Source of the DNA: an uncultured Actinomycetes bacterium | Lineage (GTDB): Bacteria; Actinomycetota; UBA4738; HRBIN12 | Direction: 5' to 3' | Assembly: GCA_963734275.1 (NCBI GenBank) | Contig: CAVTGO010000016.1 | Location: forward strand, 35,097 to 99,096 | DNA length: 64,000 bases | In this document: one piece after another, positions 1 to 10,406 of the stretch | Numbering within the stretch: the first letter of the stretch is position 1 | Layout: every line of letters starts with the position of its first letter | Translations under genes and position numbers: made by a program | Notes under the pieces: model-generated | Told to the model about the DNA's origin: nothing | What the model saw: only the letters and a program-made list of their open reading frames with translations | Database searches by the model: none

Positions 1-1
1 C

Positions 2-349
2 TACCGCCCCGACGCTCCGGCCACCGTCGTCGCGACGGCCACGTGGTCGGGCGGCCGGCCCGAGCTCCGGGTCCTGGATCCGAGCGCCGAAGGCCTCGAC
101 CGCCTGCTCCGACCCACGCCGGTGGTGATCGACGACCCCTCGCTCCGCTCGCAGGGCACGTTCGGCGAGGTCTTGCTGCAGCCCGGCTCGCTCGCGTGGT
201 TCCGCGCCGCGCTGACCGAACGTGGTCGCGAGTTCGGCCTCGGCGTCCGGTTCGTCGCCTCGGACATCACGGGCGGCTGGGATCCGGCCGCGCAGTACCG
301 CACGTTCGAGGAGCAGGCCGAGCGCCTGGCGTCGGAGCCCGTCACCTAG
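2..349 (+). CDS. hypothetical protein, 3' part (5' end outside window)
   Basis: Open frame from position 2 with high-GC3 codons ending ...EEQAERLASEPVT*; stop overlaps the convergent helicase stop by 4 nt. Confidence 0.6.
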   Translation, partial: YRPDAPATVVATATWSGGRPELRVLDPSAEGLDRLLRPTPVVIDDPSLRSQGTFGEVLLQPGSLAWFRAALTERGREFGLGVRFVASDITGGWDPAAQYRTFEEQAERLASEPVT

Positions 350-3300
350 CTGTTCGCCTCGACCCAGGCCTTCCCCGCGTCGCAGAACGGGCGGAAGTCG
401 CACCAGAGACACTGCGGCCCGGGCGTCGGCTCGTAGGCGGCGTCGCCGATGCCGTGCAGCCATGCGCGTACGCGCTCACGGATCGCCGGCTCGTCGTCCA
501 CCACGTGCGAGACGGCGTCGCCGCCCGACAGATACAGGTAGGTGAGCGTGAGCTCCTCGGGACGCTTGTTCCACACGTCGATGCACGCGAGGGCGTAGAC
601 GTCGAGCTGGGTCTTCGCGAGCTCGTCGTCCACCGAGGGCTTCCGGCCCGTCTTGTAGTCGACGACCTCCCACGGCCCGTCGTCCTGCCCGTAGATCGCG
701 TCGATGCGGCCGGCGATCACGAAGCCCTCGACGGGGAGCAGGAACGACCGCTCGACGAACCGAGGGACGAGTGACGCGTAGCGGCTGGACAGGAACGAGG
801 TCCGCAGCTCGTCGATGCGACCCGGGCGTCCCGCCAGCTCCTCCGCGGTGAGATCGGGCGTGTCGGACTCCTCGAGCAGTGAGCCCTGGCCGTGCGAGCG
901 GAGCTCGATCCACCGGTGGATCTCGGTGCCGATGCGCGCCGCGGGGCCCGCGAAGCGCGGGAGCGGCCGCACGCTGCTCCAGTAGAAGCGCTTCGGGCAG
1001 CGCCCGTAGTCCACCAGTCCCCCCACCGAGACCGTCTGCGGACGCCGGGGGCCCTCGGCGGCGGCGCGCTCCTGCTCGACGAGGTCGGTCGCCGCCGCGC
1101 GCCGGGACGCGGCCAGCTGCACGTACGAGCCGCGATCCGCCGGGCTCAGCGCGTCGAGCAGGCTCGCCGGGACCGCGCCGGCCAGCGACGCCTCGGCCGC
1201 CGCCGCCCGCCACCCATCCGCGAACACACCATCCGCCTCCGCCGGACGCGCGGGGCCGGGCCAGTCGCGCACGAACGCCTCGCGGTACCCGGCGAGCGGG
1301 CTCCCGGCGTCGGGGTCGAGCTCGGGACCGAGGTCCACCGGCGCGAGCCCGCTCTCCTGCCCCCATGCGGCGAGCTCCTCGAGGAACGCGCCCGGCTTCT
1401 TCGGCTTCTGCGTGTCGCCGTACCAGTGGGCGCCTGACAGGAACAGGTTTCGCCGGGCCCGGGTCATCGCGACGTAGCAGATGCGGCGCTCCTCGATCTC
1501 CTCCTGTGCCTTCAGCTGCGACTTGAACGCGGACAGGTTGCCCGCGTACGACGGCAGGATCGCCGCATCGCCGCGCAGCTCGAAGTCCATCGAGCGAGCG
1601 CGCTCGGCGGGGTTGTGCTGGATCTTCGTGTTGGGCAACAGCTGGTCGGCCAGGCCCGGCACGAATACGGTGTCGAATTCGAGGCCCTTGGCGACGTGGA
1701 TCGTCATCACCTTCACCGAGTCCGCGTCCGAGGGCTGCACCGGCGCCCACTCCTCGCGCTCGCCCGCCTGGACGGTCTCCACGTAGTCGAGGAACCGCCG
1801 CAGCGTGAGCTCGCCCTCGAGCGGCGAGAACGCGTGCACCTGGTCGAGGAACGCGGCGAGGTTCCGCCGCCGCGCCGTGGCCACCTCGCGGTCGAGCGCG
1901 GCGTCCAGCTCCGCCAGCAGGCCGGTGCGCCGGATCACCTCGGCGAGGAACTCGGGGAGCGGTCGGCGGGCCTGCTCGCGCAGGCCGGCGAGCTCGGCAC
2001 GGAACTCCTCCAGGCGCGCCCGTCCTTCCTCGGACAGGCCGGTCACCTGGTCGAGGTGCTCGAGCGCCTCGGAGACCAGGAACGGGATCTCGTCGGACAG
2101 GTCCTCGTCCTCGTCGCGGAGCGCGTACGTGGCGCCCTTTGCCCACGACGCCACCCGCGCGAGGTCCTTGAACCCCACGCGGTACCGCGGGCCGAGCAGG
2201 ATCCGCGCGAGCGCCACGCTCTCGAGGGGACTCGCCACGGCGCGTGCGTACGCCAACACCTCGACGACCTCGGGCATCTTGAGCAGGCCCGCGAGCCCGA
2301 CGATCTCCACCGGGACCCCGCGCTCCTCGAACACCCGCTGCAGCGTCGGGAACAGCCGCGAGCTGCGGCACAGCACCGCGAACTCCCTCCAGGGGTGGTC
2401 GGCGCCGCGCAGCTCGAGGATCCGCTCGGCGATCGCCTCGGCCTCGACGACCTCGTCGCGGTGGCGGGTCACCTCGACACGGCCGTCGCCGTTGGCGGGC
2501 CACGGCTCGAGCGTCTTGTCCGGGTCCGGCCGCTGGTTCTTCGGCAGCACCGAGATCAGCGCGTCGGCCCCCGCCAGGATCCGCGAGCCCGAACGGAAAT
2601 TGGTGTAGAGCGGGAGCTTCGCGGCCGGCGTGCCGTCCCCCTTCGGGAAGCGCCGCGGGAACTCAAGCAGGTTGTAGAGGCTGGCGCCGCGCCAGGCGTA
2701 GATGTTCTGGTCGGGATCGCCGACCGCGGTGACCGGATGACCGCCGCCGAACACGTCTTCGAGCAGTCGCGCCTGCGCGACGTTGGTGTCCTGGTACTCG
2801 TCCAGCAGCACCGCGCCGAACCGCTGCCGGTACGCCTCGCCGACCTCGGGATGCTCGCGCACGATGCGGGCTGCCAGGCCGATCTGGTCGCCGAAGTCGA
2901 TCACGCCGAGCTCGCGCTTCAGGGCGTGGAACAGCTCGACGGCGCGGGCGAGCTCGATCCGTTCGCGGGCGGCGGTGAACGCCCGGTCCGAGCGGTGGGC
3001 CGCGAGCGCCTCGAGGCGTTCCTCGTCGAACGCGACGATCTCCGCCGGCTCGACGAGGTGGTTCTGCGACTGGTCGGCGAGGTCCAGGATGTCCGAGACG
3101 ATCGTCGGCTGCCACATCGAGTGGAGGTGCTCGAACGTCATCCGGTCGAGCACGCGCGCGCAGAGCTCCGTCCGCTGCGCCGGCGTGAGGATGCGCTGGC
3201 CCGGCTCGATGCCCTCGAGCATGCCGTGGCGGTCCACGACCTGCTGCGCGAAGCTGTGGTAGTTGACGACCTCCGGCTCCTCGCCCTCCTCCAGCTGGAG

Positions 3301-3579
3301 CACCGCGAGCGCGCGCCGGATCCGGTGCACGAGGTTCTCGGTCGACTTGTTCGTGAACGTGAGGCAGAGCACATTGCCCGGGAGCACTCCGTCCTCGCCG
3401 GCCGTCTGGTGGTGGCGGAGCGCCAGCCAGATCACGCGCGCCGCCATCACCGAGGTCTTGCCGGAGCCGGCGCCGGCGACGAGCACCGCCGGCTCGAGCG
3501 GCCACGAGATCGCCCGCCACTGGTCCTCGGTGGGTTCGGCCCCGAGGAACGCGACGATCTCCTGCGGCACGCCGTTCAT
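346..3579 (-). CDS. adnB: ATP-dependent DNA helicase-nuclease, AdnB-like (UvrD SF1 motor + C-terminal PD-(D/E)XK nuclease)
   Basis: Walker A AGAGSGKT, TFTNK, LLDEYQDTN, VGDPDQNIYAWRGA, TIHVAKGLEFD, EERRICYVAMTRA; C-terminal GRIDAI...VVDYKTG; second gene of a tandem UvrD pair. Confidence 0.85.
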   Translation of the reverse strand: MNGVPQEIVAFLGAEPTEDQWRAISWPLEPAVLVAGAGSGKTSVMAARVIWLALRHHQTAGEDGVLPGNVLCLTFTNKSTENLVHRIRRALAVLQLEEGEEPEVVNYHSFAQQVVDRHGMLEGIEPGQRILTPAQRTELCARVLDRMTFEHLHSMWQPTIVSDILDLADQSQNHLVEPAEIVAFDEERLEALAAHRSDRAFTAARERIELARAVELFHALKRELGVIDFGDQIGLAARIVREHPEVGEAYRQRFGAVLLDEYQDTNVAQARLLEDVFGGGHPVTAVGDPDQNIYAWRGASLYNLLEFPRRFPKGDGTPAAKLPLYTNFRSGSRILAGADALISVLPKNQRPDPDKTLEPWPANGDGRVEVTRHRDEVVEAEAIAERILELRGADHPWREFAVLCRSSRLFPTLQRVFEERGVPVEIVGLAGLLKMPEVVEVLAYARAVASPLESVALARILLGPRYRVGFKDLARVASWAKGATYALRDEDEDLSDEIPFLVSEALEHLDQVTGLSEEGRARLEEFRAELAGLREQARRPLPEFLAEVIRRTGLLAELDAALDREVATARRRNLAAFLDQVHAFSPLEGELTLRRFLDYVETVQAGEREEWAPVQPSDADSVKVMTIHVAKGLEFDTVFVPGLADQLLPNTKIQHNPAERARSMDFELRGDAAILPSYAGNLSAFKSQLKAQEEIEERRICYVAMTRARRNLFLSGAHWYGDTQKPKKPGAFLEELAAWGQESGLAPVDLGPELDPDAGSPLAGYREAFVRDWPGPARPAEADGVFADGWRAAAAEASLAGAVPASLLDALSPADRGSYVQLAASRRAAATDLVEQERAAAEGPRRPQTVSVGGLVDYGRCPKRFYWSSVRPLPRFAGPAARIGTEIHRWIELRSHGQGSLLEESDTPDLTAEELAGRPGRIDELRTSFLSSRYASLVPRFVERSFLLPVEGFVIAGRIDAIYGQDDGPWEVVDYKTGRKPSVDDELAKTQLDVYALACIDVWNKRPEELTLTYLYLSGGDAVSHVVDDEPAIRERVRAWLHGIGDAAYEPTPGPQCLWCDFRPFCDAGKAWVEANS

Positions 3580-6440
3580 GCCGGGACCTCCCCGACGGGG
3601 AAGACCGGCTGGCCCTCGGGATACAGGGAGCAGAGCGGCTTGAAATCGCAGAAGAAGCAGTTGGCGGCCGGGTTCGGCCGGTACGTCTGGGCTGCGTCCA
3701 GCGCGCGGAGCCGACCGATCAGGCCCGAGAGCGTCTCGCGCACCGAGGCCTGGTAGGCCTCCTCACCCGCAGGCGAGACCGGCCACGCCTTCGACTCGAT
3801 CTCGCCGCTCTTCCAGTGCCCTCGGAGGAACGAGAGGTCGACGGCGCGCACGGGCCGGAACCGCTCGAGCTCGGGCGCCGAGTTCACGGCCAGGTAGTAG
3901 ATGCCGAGCTGCAGGCTCTCCTCGGCCCTCGGGGCGTTCTCGGACTTGCCCGTCTTGAAGTCGGTGATCCGAAAGCCGCTGTCGTGCGGCCCGATGCGGT
4001 CGATCTTGCCGGCGATCGTGGCGCCGTCGAACTCGAACGCGAACGCGACCTCGCTGGCGCTGGCCGGCAGCTCGCCGTAATTGTCCACCCAGTTCGGAAG
4101 CAGCTTGGTCACGGCCATCTGATGGAACGCCGCGCTCACCGCCTTCGACGGGAACCAGCCGTCGTCCCACTCGGCGTCGAGCGCGGCGACCAGCGCGTCG
4201 AGGCTCCGCTCGATGCGCCCGGCCTCGCACTCCTCGATCAGGTCGTGCACCAGCTTGCCCACCGACGCTTGGTGCCCGCCGCGCTGTCCGAGGCCCAGCT
4301 CCTCGCCCAGCACGAACTGCAGGTCGCAGTTCTCCAGCGTCGACAGGCGCGAGTACGACAGCCGGAGCTCCTCGTGAAGCGGTGCCCCCGTATCGGTCCA
4401 CGCTCGCTGGAACCACCAGCGCGCGGGCTCGACGCCGAGCGCGAGCAGCCCGTCGATCGCGGCGAGCCGGGCCGGCGCCGGCGCCGCCGGCTCGGCGAGC
4501 TGGCGCCGCCACGACGCCGCCGCCTCGGCCACCGAGACCGGCTCGCTCACCGACGGCTCCGACGGCACCCACGCCAGTCCCAGCTCGTCCGCGAACCGCG
4601 AGCGCGCGCCCTCCTCCGCGTCGTGCGGATCGCTGGCGGTCAGCACCACCCGCCGGCGGGCGTGCCCGAGCACCGACCGGAACAGCCGCCGCTCCTCGGA
4701 CAGCCTGCGGCGCAGCCGCTCCGAGCGCGTGGGGTCGGCCTCCAGCACCGAGAGGTCGAACATCGGCTCGGGCCGCTCGAGGCTCGGGAAGTCGCCCTCG
4801 ACCGCGCCGGCCAGGATCACCGTGTCGAACTCGAGCCCGGTCGCGCCGTGCGCGGTGAGCACCTGCACCGCGTCCGCATCGCGGTCGCCGATCCCCGTCA
4901 CGCCGGGACCGCCCTCGCCCGCCTGGAGCAGGTCCACGAACGCCGCGACCGACCGGTCGCCCGACTCGCCGGCCCGCTCCACCGCCCGCGAGAACGCCAC
5001 GACCGCGTCCAGGTCCCGCCGCGCCAGCTCGCCCTCGCCGGCGCCGGCCACCAGCCGCGCCGAACAGGGGAGCCTTGCCCACAGCTCCTTGAACGTGTCG
5101 GTCACGGACGCCGCGTGCGCCTCGGCGTCGCGCAGGATCCCGCGCAGCTCCACGATCCTCGCGATCTCGTCGGCCGACAGGCCCTGCTCCATCTCCAGCG
5201 CCTCGGCGACCGGCCGCCCCGCGCCGCGCGCCGCGCGGATCAGCCCGCGCGCGACGGCGGGGGACAGCCCGCCGAGCTCCGACGTGAGGACCGGCTCGAC
5301 CAGCACGTCGCGCTCGGCCGGCCGCGATATCCAGCGGAGCCCCAGCGCGTACGGGACCGTGGCCGCCTCCGCCGAGAGCGCCAACCCGCTCTCGGGCACG
5401 TGGCGCGGCACCGCGGCGTCGTCCAGCGCGCGGAGCAGCCCGCCGAGGCGCGCGCTCTGGCGCCGCACGATGACCGCGAGGTCCCGCCACGCCACGCCCT
5501 CCTCGGCGTGGGCGCGCCGGAGCTCGCGGGCGACACCCGCGTGCTCCTCGGAGGTGTGTCGCGCGAACCGCGCCTCGACGGTCCTCTCCGCACCGCGATG
5601 CTTCGTGATGAGCTCGACGACCGGCGCAGAGGAACGCTCGGCGAACCGTCGCAGCGGCACGTCGGTCGTCCCCTGGAACGAGAAGACGTGCGCATCGACG
5701 TTCCCCGCGACGACCAGAGTCGCCGGGCGGAGCGCCGTCAGCAGCCGCTCGGCCGCGAGCGTCGTGTCCTGCAGGTCGTCCACCAGGACGTGGTCGAACA
5801 TCGGCTCGTCGCGCTCGGCGGCCAGCGCCGCCTGGCCGAGGAGCCCGCCGAAGTCCACGGCGTTCTCGTTGCCCAGCACGTCGAGGTAGCGCCCGTAGAA
5901 CCGCGCGAGCTCCGACCAGCCGCCGAGGCTCCGCTCGGCCCCCGCGGCCTCGACGTCCTCGGGGCGAAGCAGCGACTCCTGCGCGCGCGCGATCAGCTGT
6001 CGCACCTGGTCGGCGAACCCGCGGAGCGTCAGCAGTCCGCCGTAGGCCGGCCACTCCGCGGGGTCCTCGCCGCCGAGCATGTCCTGGACCTTCGTGAACT
6101 GCGCGTTCGCGTCCAGGATCGTCGGCGGCGCCTCGTACCCGAGCGCGTGGTACCGCGCGCTCACGACCTGGTACGCGAGCCCGTGCATCGTGGTGATCCG
6201 CAGGTTGGAGACCGAGCCGGGGAGCCGCGGCAAGATCTCTCGCCGAGCCTCGTCTCGGGCCCGCGAGGAGCCCGCGACCAGCGCGACGCGGTCGGGATCT
6301 GCCCCGCCGGCGATCAGGGCGAGGAACCGCTCGCGGAGCACCCGGGTCTTGCCCGTTCCGAACCCGCCCTGCACGAGCAGGGGTCCCGAGACGTGCTCGA
6401 GTACCGTCTGCTGCTGCGGATCGGGTTCGAAGGGGGCCAC
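3576..6440 (-). CDS. adnA: AdnA-like helicase-nuclease subunit (degenerate UvrD motor + PD-(D/E)XK nuclease with 4-Cys motif)
   Basis: GGFGTGKT, degenerate LVDDLQD, TAHGATGLEFD, EERRLF; GKIDRI...ITDFKTG; C...CFFCDFKPLC; 4-nt overlap with adnB; TAGCAT-N6-GTG leaderless start. Confidence 0.8.
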   Translation of the reverse strand: MAPFEPDPQQQTVLEHVSGPLLVQGGFGTGKTRVLRERFLALIAGGADPDRVALVAGSSRARDEARREILPRLPGSVSNLRITTMHGLAYQVVSARYHALGYEAPPTILDANAQFTKVQDMLGGEDPAEWPAYGGLLTLRGFADQVRQLIARAQESLLRPEDVEAAGAERSLGGWSELARFYGRYLDVLGNENAVDFGGLLGQAALAAERDEPMFDHVLVDDLQDTTLAAERLLTALRPATLVVAGNVDAHVFSFQGTTDVPLRRFAERSSAPVVELITKHRGAERTVEARFARHTSEEHAGVARELRRAHAEEGVAWRDLAVIVRRQSARLGGLLRALDDAAVPRHVPESGLALSAEAATVPYALGLRWISRPAERDVLVEPVLTSELGGLSPAVARGLIRAARGAGRPVAEALEMEQGLSADEIARIVELRGILRDAEAHAASVTDTFKELWARLPCSARLVAGAGEGELARRDLDAVVAFSRAVERAGESGDRSVAAFVDLLQAGEGGPGVTGIGDRDADAVQVLTAHGATGLEFDTVILAGAVEGDFPSLERPEPMFDLSVLEADPTRSERLRRRLSEERRLFRSVLGHARRRVVLTASDPHDAEEGARSRFADELGLAWVPSEPSVSEPVSVAEAAASWRRQLAEPAAPAPARLAAIDGLLALGVEPARWWFQRAWTDTGAPLHEELRLSYSRLSTLENCDLQFVLGEELGLGQRGGHQASVGKLVHDLIEECEAGRIERSLDALVAALDAEWDDGWFPSKAVSAAFHQMAVTKLLPNWVDNYGELPASASEVAFAFEFDGATIAGKIDRIGPHDSGFRITDFKTGKSENAPRAEESLQLGIYYLAVNSAPELERFRPVRAVDLSFLRGHWKSGEIESKAWPVSPAGEEAYQASVRETLSGLIGRLRALDAAQTYRPNPAANCFFCDFKPLCSLYPEGQPVFPVGEVPA

Positions 6441-6558
6441 GGGGCGATGCTACCGCCGCCTACCGACGTGCCGGACCGAGTGTCGTGGTGGGACACGATC
6501 TCCGTGCTCCCGCCCCGCCGACACGCCGAGTTGACCGGCTCGATGTCGGCGCATATGG

Positions 6559-6574
6559 TTAGCCACATGCCTAA
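6559..6574. promoter_or_regulatory. putative ArsR autoregulatory operator
   Basis: Imperfect palindrome TTAGCCACATGCCTAA overlapping the ArsR start codon. Confidence 0.4.
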
Positions 6575-6899
6575 GTATGGGTCGCTCGACCGGACGTTCG
6601 GCGCGCTGGCCGACCCGACCCGCCGCGGTATCCTGCAGCTCGTCTCCACGGGCCCGGCGTCGATCAGCGAGCTGGCACGACCCTTCAGGATCGCCCTTCC
6701 GACGGTCCTGGAACACGTGCGCATCCTCGAGGAGACGCGACTGCTGACGACGGAGAAGGTGGGCAGGGTCCGGGAGTGCACGCTGGGCCCAGAACGCCTC
6801 GACGAAGCTCGGCGATGGATCGAGACGTATCGCATGTGGGAACGGCGGCTCGACGGGCTCGATCGCTACGTCTCGACTCGCACGGGGCGACGCGCGTGA
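6567..6899 (+). CDS. ArsR/SmtB family transcriptional regulator
   Basis: MPKYGSLDRTFGALADPTRRGIL...HVRILEETRLLTTEKVGRVREC wHTH signature; alternative ATGs at 6543/6555. Confidence 0.85.
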   Translation: MPKYGSLDRTFGALADPTRRGILQLVSTGPASISELARPFRIALPTVLEHVRILEETRLLTTEKVGRVRECTLGPERLDEARRWIETYRMWERRLDGLDRYVSTRTGRRA

Positions 6900-7336
6900 G
6901 CCCGGACATCCGCCTCCAGCGGTGGTTCGAGGCACCCCCGGACGTCGTGTTCGACGCGTACACGGATCCCGATGCGCAAAGCGCGCTCAGGGCCGGGGGG
7001 CCCGACTCGCTCGTGGAGTCCGAGTGCGATCTCCGTGTCGGAGGCGAGTGGATCATCCGGTTTGGCCCGTCCTCGGCGCCCTATGTCGAGCGGAACGTCT
7101 TCCACACCGTGGACAGGCCACACCGCCTCGTCTACGCGTCGACCACCGAGTCGCCGGATGGATCGCACGTCGAATCGCTGATGGAGATCAGCCTTGAGTG
7201 GCTGGATGGACGAACGCTCCTCACGCTCACGCTGCGAGGGGTCCCCTCCGGCGATCTCGAACGAGGGTTCACCGAAGGCTGGAACGAGTTCCTGGACGGG
7301 CTCGTGGCCAGGATCCAGACACGGCCCGCGACCTGA
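6896..7336 (+). CDS. SRPBCC/AHSA1 domain protein
   Basis: RWFEAPPDVVFDAYTDP, DLRVGGEW, GWNEFLDGL; GTGA overlap with ArsR gene. Confidence 0.85.
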   Translation: MSPDIRLQRWFEAPPDVVFDAYTDPDAQSALRAGGPDSLVESECDLRVGGEWIIRFGPSSAPYVERNVFHTVDRPHRLVYASTTESPDGSHVESLMEISLEWLDGRTLLTLTLRGVPSGDLERGFTEGWNEFLDGLVARIQTRPAT

Positions 7337-7481
7337 GCGGGCGGAGATGAGGGTGATGGCGTGAGACGAGGAACCGTCTACGTGGAGATGGCCCTGACGG
7401 CACGTTCCGGCAGCGCTCTAGCTGGCGACCAACACAACACCTACGAGAACTGACCCCCCGAGCACCGAAAGGAGCACCAGC

Positions 7482-8132
7482 ATGTCACTCGCCCGCGTCC
7501 ACAACTTCGCCATGTCACTCGACGGCTTCGGCACCGGCGAACCTCAGAGCCACGACGCACCGTTCGGCCACGCCGGCGAAAGGCTGCACGAATGGATGTT
7601 CACGACCCGGTGGTGGCGCGAAATGGTCGGCGAGCCCGGCGGCACCCGCGGCCTCGACGACGCCTTCGTGCGGCTGCACGACCCCGGGATCGGCGCCGAG
7701 ATCATGGGTGCCGGGAAGTTCGGCTACCCCGGATGGCACGAGGACCCGGAGTGGAAGGGCTGGTGGGGTCCCGACCCGCCGTTCCACACACCGGTCTTCG
7801 TCCTCACCCATCACCCGCGCCCGTCGATCGAGATGGCGGGCGGCACGACGTTCCACTTCCTCGACGTGTCGCCCGCCGAGGCGCTCGAGACCGCTCGGGA
7901 GGCTGCGCACGAGCAGGACGTGCGCCTCGGTGGAGGCGCTACCGTGATCCGCGACTTCCTCGCTGCGGGGCTTGTGGACCACATGCACATCGCGGTGGTC
8001 CCGATCCTGCTCGGCAGAGGCGTACGCCTCTGGGACGGGCTGGAGGGTCTCGAGAAGGACTACGAGGTCGAGGCCACCTCCTCGCCCAGCGGAGTCACGC
8101 ATGTGACGTTCACCCGTGCGGGCGTGAAGTGA
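7482..8132 (+). CDS. dihydrofolate reductase-like (RibD C-terminal) family protein
   Basis: MSLDGFG, PVFVLTHHPR, DVRLGGGATV, VPILLGRGVRLW; RBS GAAAGGAG. Confidence 0.9.
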   Translation: MSLARVHNFAMSLDGFGTGEPQSHDAPFGHAGERLHEWMFTTRWWREMVGEPGGTRGLDDAFVRLHDPGIGAEIMGAGKFGYPGWHEDPEWKGWWGPDPPFHTPVFVLTHHPRPSIEMAGGTTFHFLDVSPAEALETAREAAHEQDVRLGGGATVIRDFLAAGLVDHMHIAVVPILLGRGVRLWDGLEGLEKDYEVEATSSPSGVTHVTFTRAGVK

Positions 8133-8278
8133 CGCACGTGATCCCCCCTTCTCGCTTTCGTAGGGCGCGGCTGTCGTGAAGATGATCGCTTCGGGATAGA
8201 GCCGCCCGAGTCGTGAACAACGATGACGGTACATTCGACACGTTGATCACGCGACATCGACGGCAAGGAGCAGTAACG

Positions 8279-8827
8279 ATGCGGAAGATCACCGAGCAGG
8301 CAGTAGTCACCCTGGACGGCCAGGTCAGCACGCCGCAGGACTGGCTCCCCACCAGGTGGGCCGGGGAGTTCGAGCAGCTCTCCAAGGACCTGCTCTTCTC
8401 CGTCGACGCGCTCCTCTACGGGCGGGTCAGCTACGAGAACCACGCCGAGGTGTGGCCGACCCTGGAGGAGGCGTTCGGTGACTACGCGGTCCGGATGAAC
8501 ACCATCCCTAAGCACGTGGCGTCGCGCACCCTCACCGAGGTGAAGTGGAACGCCACTCTGCTCGGGGGCGACGTCGTTAACGCCGTGCGTGAGCTGAAGG
8601 AACAGCCGGGCGGTGACATCCTCAAGATCGGCACCGGCGGCTCGTTCAGCCGGACGCTGCTCGAGCACCGCCTGGTCGACGAATACCTGTTCTGGTTGTT
8701 CCCGGTCATCGCCGGCAGCGGCGAACGGCTCTACGACGGGATCGACACCACGGATTTCGATCTGATCGACGTCAAGCAGCTCAAGAACGGCATCCTTGGC
8801 CTCACGTACGTTCCGACCACCGGCTAA
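8279..8827 (+). CDS. dihydrofolate reductase-like family protein
   Basis: VTLDG, LLYGRVSYE, PKHVASRTL, LVDEY...PVIAGSGERL; RBS AAGGAG. Confidence 0.9.
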   Translation: MRKITEQAVVTLDGQVSTPQDWLPTRWAGEFEQLSKDLLFSVDALLYGRVSYENHAEVWPTLEEAFGDYAVRMNTIPKHVASRTLTEVKWNATLLGGDVVNAVRELKEQPGGDILKIGTGGSFSRTLLEHRLVDEYLFWLFPVIAGSGERLYDGIDTTDFDLIDVKQLKNGILGLTYVPTTG

Positions 8828-9012
8828 CACCATCCCGAAACAGCTGTCCTCGATTCCGGCTGACGCGGGGATCCTCACCGCCTCTTCACCCCCACGCGGA
8901 TCCTGCCAGGCGGTCGCGCCAGGGGTCGTTCTTGCCATAGTGTCCGAAATCCTCGGTCCGAAGGCCGCAGGGGCCATGGCGTGCGTGGTTGCGAGGAGGG
9001 TACGGACGAAGG

Positions 9013-10140
9013 ATGTCGGTGACTCCCAACGCACCGTCGGGTCCGCCCGTTGACCGCCGAGTCGATCGCCTCGCCGCCTATAGCTGGCGGCTCCTGGTCA
9101 TCGGTGCCGCCGCACTGGCCGCGTTATGGCTCGTGCGGTTGCTGTCCCCGGTCCTCATCCCGGCCGTCGTCGCGCTCTTCCTGACGCGGCTCCTGACACC
9201 GATCTCCGACCGGCTCCGCCGACAGATTCGGCCTGGTCTTGCAGCGTTGGCCGCCTTGCTCGCGCTCCTCGGCGTGCTCGTCGGCATCTCGGTCCTGATC
9301 GTGCCACCGATCGCGGACGAGATCGCATCGCTGGACGAGACCGTGACGCTCGGCCTCGACGACATCGAGGACTGGCTGGTCTCGGATTCGCCGTTCGACG
9401 TTTCGAGGGAGGCGATCGACCGGCTGCGCGTCCAGGCGGCGGAGCGATTCGACGACTTCGTCCTCACCTCGCGTGGGCAGGTCGTCGACGGCGTGACGCT
9501 CGTCGCGGAGGCGCTCGCCGGCCTGTTCCTCGCCATCCTGTTCACGTTCTTCCTGTTGCGCGACGGTCCCAGGTTCGCGGTCTGGTTGCACGAGCGCCTG
9601 GCGCTGACCCAACGTGAACCCGCGCGGAGAGCAGCGACGCGGGGCTGGTTCATCCTCGGCCGCTACCTGCGCGGGGCGGCGATCCTCGGCATCGTCGAGT
9701 CCGTTGCGATCGGTGTCGCGCTCTTCGCCTCGGGAGGGGGGCTCGTCGCGCCCGTCATGATCCTGACGTTCCTGGCCGCCTTCGTTCCGATACTCGGCGC
9801 CGTGATCGCGGGCGTGACCGCGGTTCTCGTCGGTCTGGTCACCGGCGGCGTCGCGACGGCGGTGATCGTGGCGGTCGTTGCGCTCGCCGTCCAGCAACTG
9901 GACAACGACATCCTCGCTCCGTGGATCTACGGTCGAGCGCTCGCCCTGCATCCGGTGGTGATCCTCGTCAGCGTGGTGGCGGGCGGGGCCCTATTCGGCA
10001 TCTGGGGCACGCTGCTGGCGGTCCCCGTGGTCGCGGTGGCCGTCAACGTCGGGAAGGAACTCCGGGCGCATGGACCCGCTGCCTCACCGATCGAGCCCGG
10101 CCCGCGGGCGCCCGTGAATGGTCCGGATTCGTATCGATAG
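9013..10140 (+). CDS. AI-2E family transporter
   Basis: Multi-TM; FFLLRDG, FVPILGA, QQLDNDILAP, LHPVVIL, GTLLAVP. Confidence 0.9.
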   Translation: MSVTPNAPSGPPVDRRVDRLAAYSWRLLVIGAAALAALWLVRLLSPVLIPAVVALFLTRLLTPISDRLRRQIRPGLAALAALLALLGVLVGISVLIVPPIADEIASLDETVTLGLDDIEDWLVSDSPFDVSREAIDRLRVQAAERFDDFVLTSRGQVVDGVTLVAEALAGLFLAILFTFFLLRDGPRFAVWLHERLALTQREPARRAATRGWFILGRYLRGAAILGIVESVAIGVALFASGGGLVAPVMILTFLAAFVPILGAVIAGVTAVLVGLVTGGVATAVIVAVVALAVQQLDNDILAPWIYGRALALHPVVILVSVVAGGALFGIWGTLLAVPVVAVAVNVGKELRAHGPAASPIEPGPRAPVNGPDSYR

Positions 10141-10406
10141 AACTATCGGCGCCTTCGCCTCGGCAAGCTCAACGGTTACACAGAATGCCGGACTGCAGTT
10201 TCCGTTCCTTCCGTCTCGGCGATGATCATCTGCGGCCTCGGCGGGCCATCCAAGACTCCCAAGGCCGCGGCACTCCGCGAACGAGTCGCGGATCTGCAAC
10301 CGCCACTCGACACTGATCCCTTCAAGGGGCAAGGCGGCCCACTGCGGGAACCCAAATGTGCCGAGCGCTGTAAGAGGATGCGAGGAGCCGCAGAGGAGCG
10401 ATCTTA

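Noticed and set aside
476-6500. Long antisense and alternate-frame ORFs (713, 763, 1027 aa) over adnAB
   Set aside because: Shadow ORFs typical of high-GC DNA, Arg/Pro/Gly-rich with no motifs; only the 3' end of 3816..6899 is real (ArsR)
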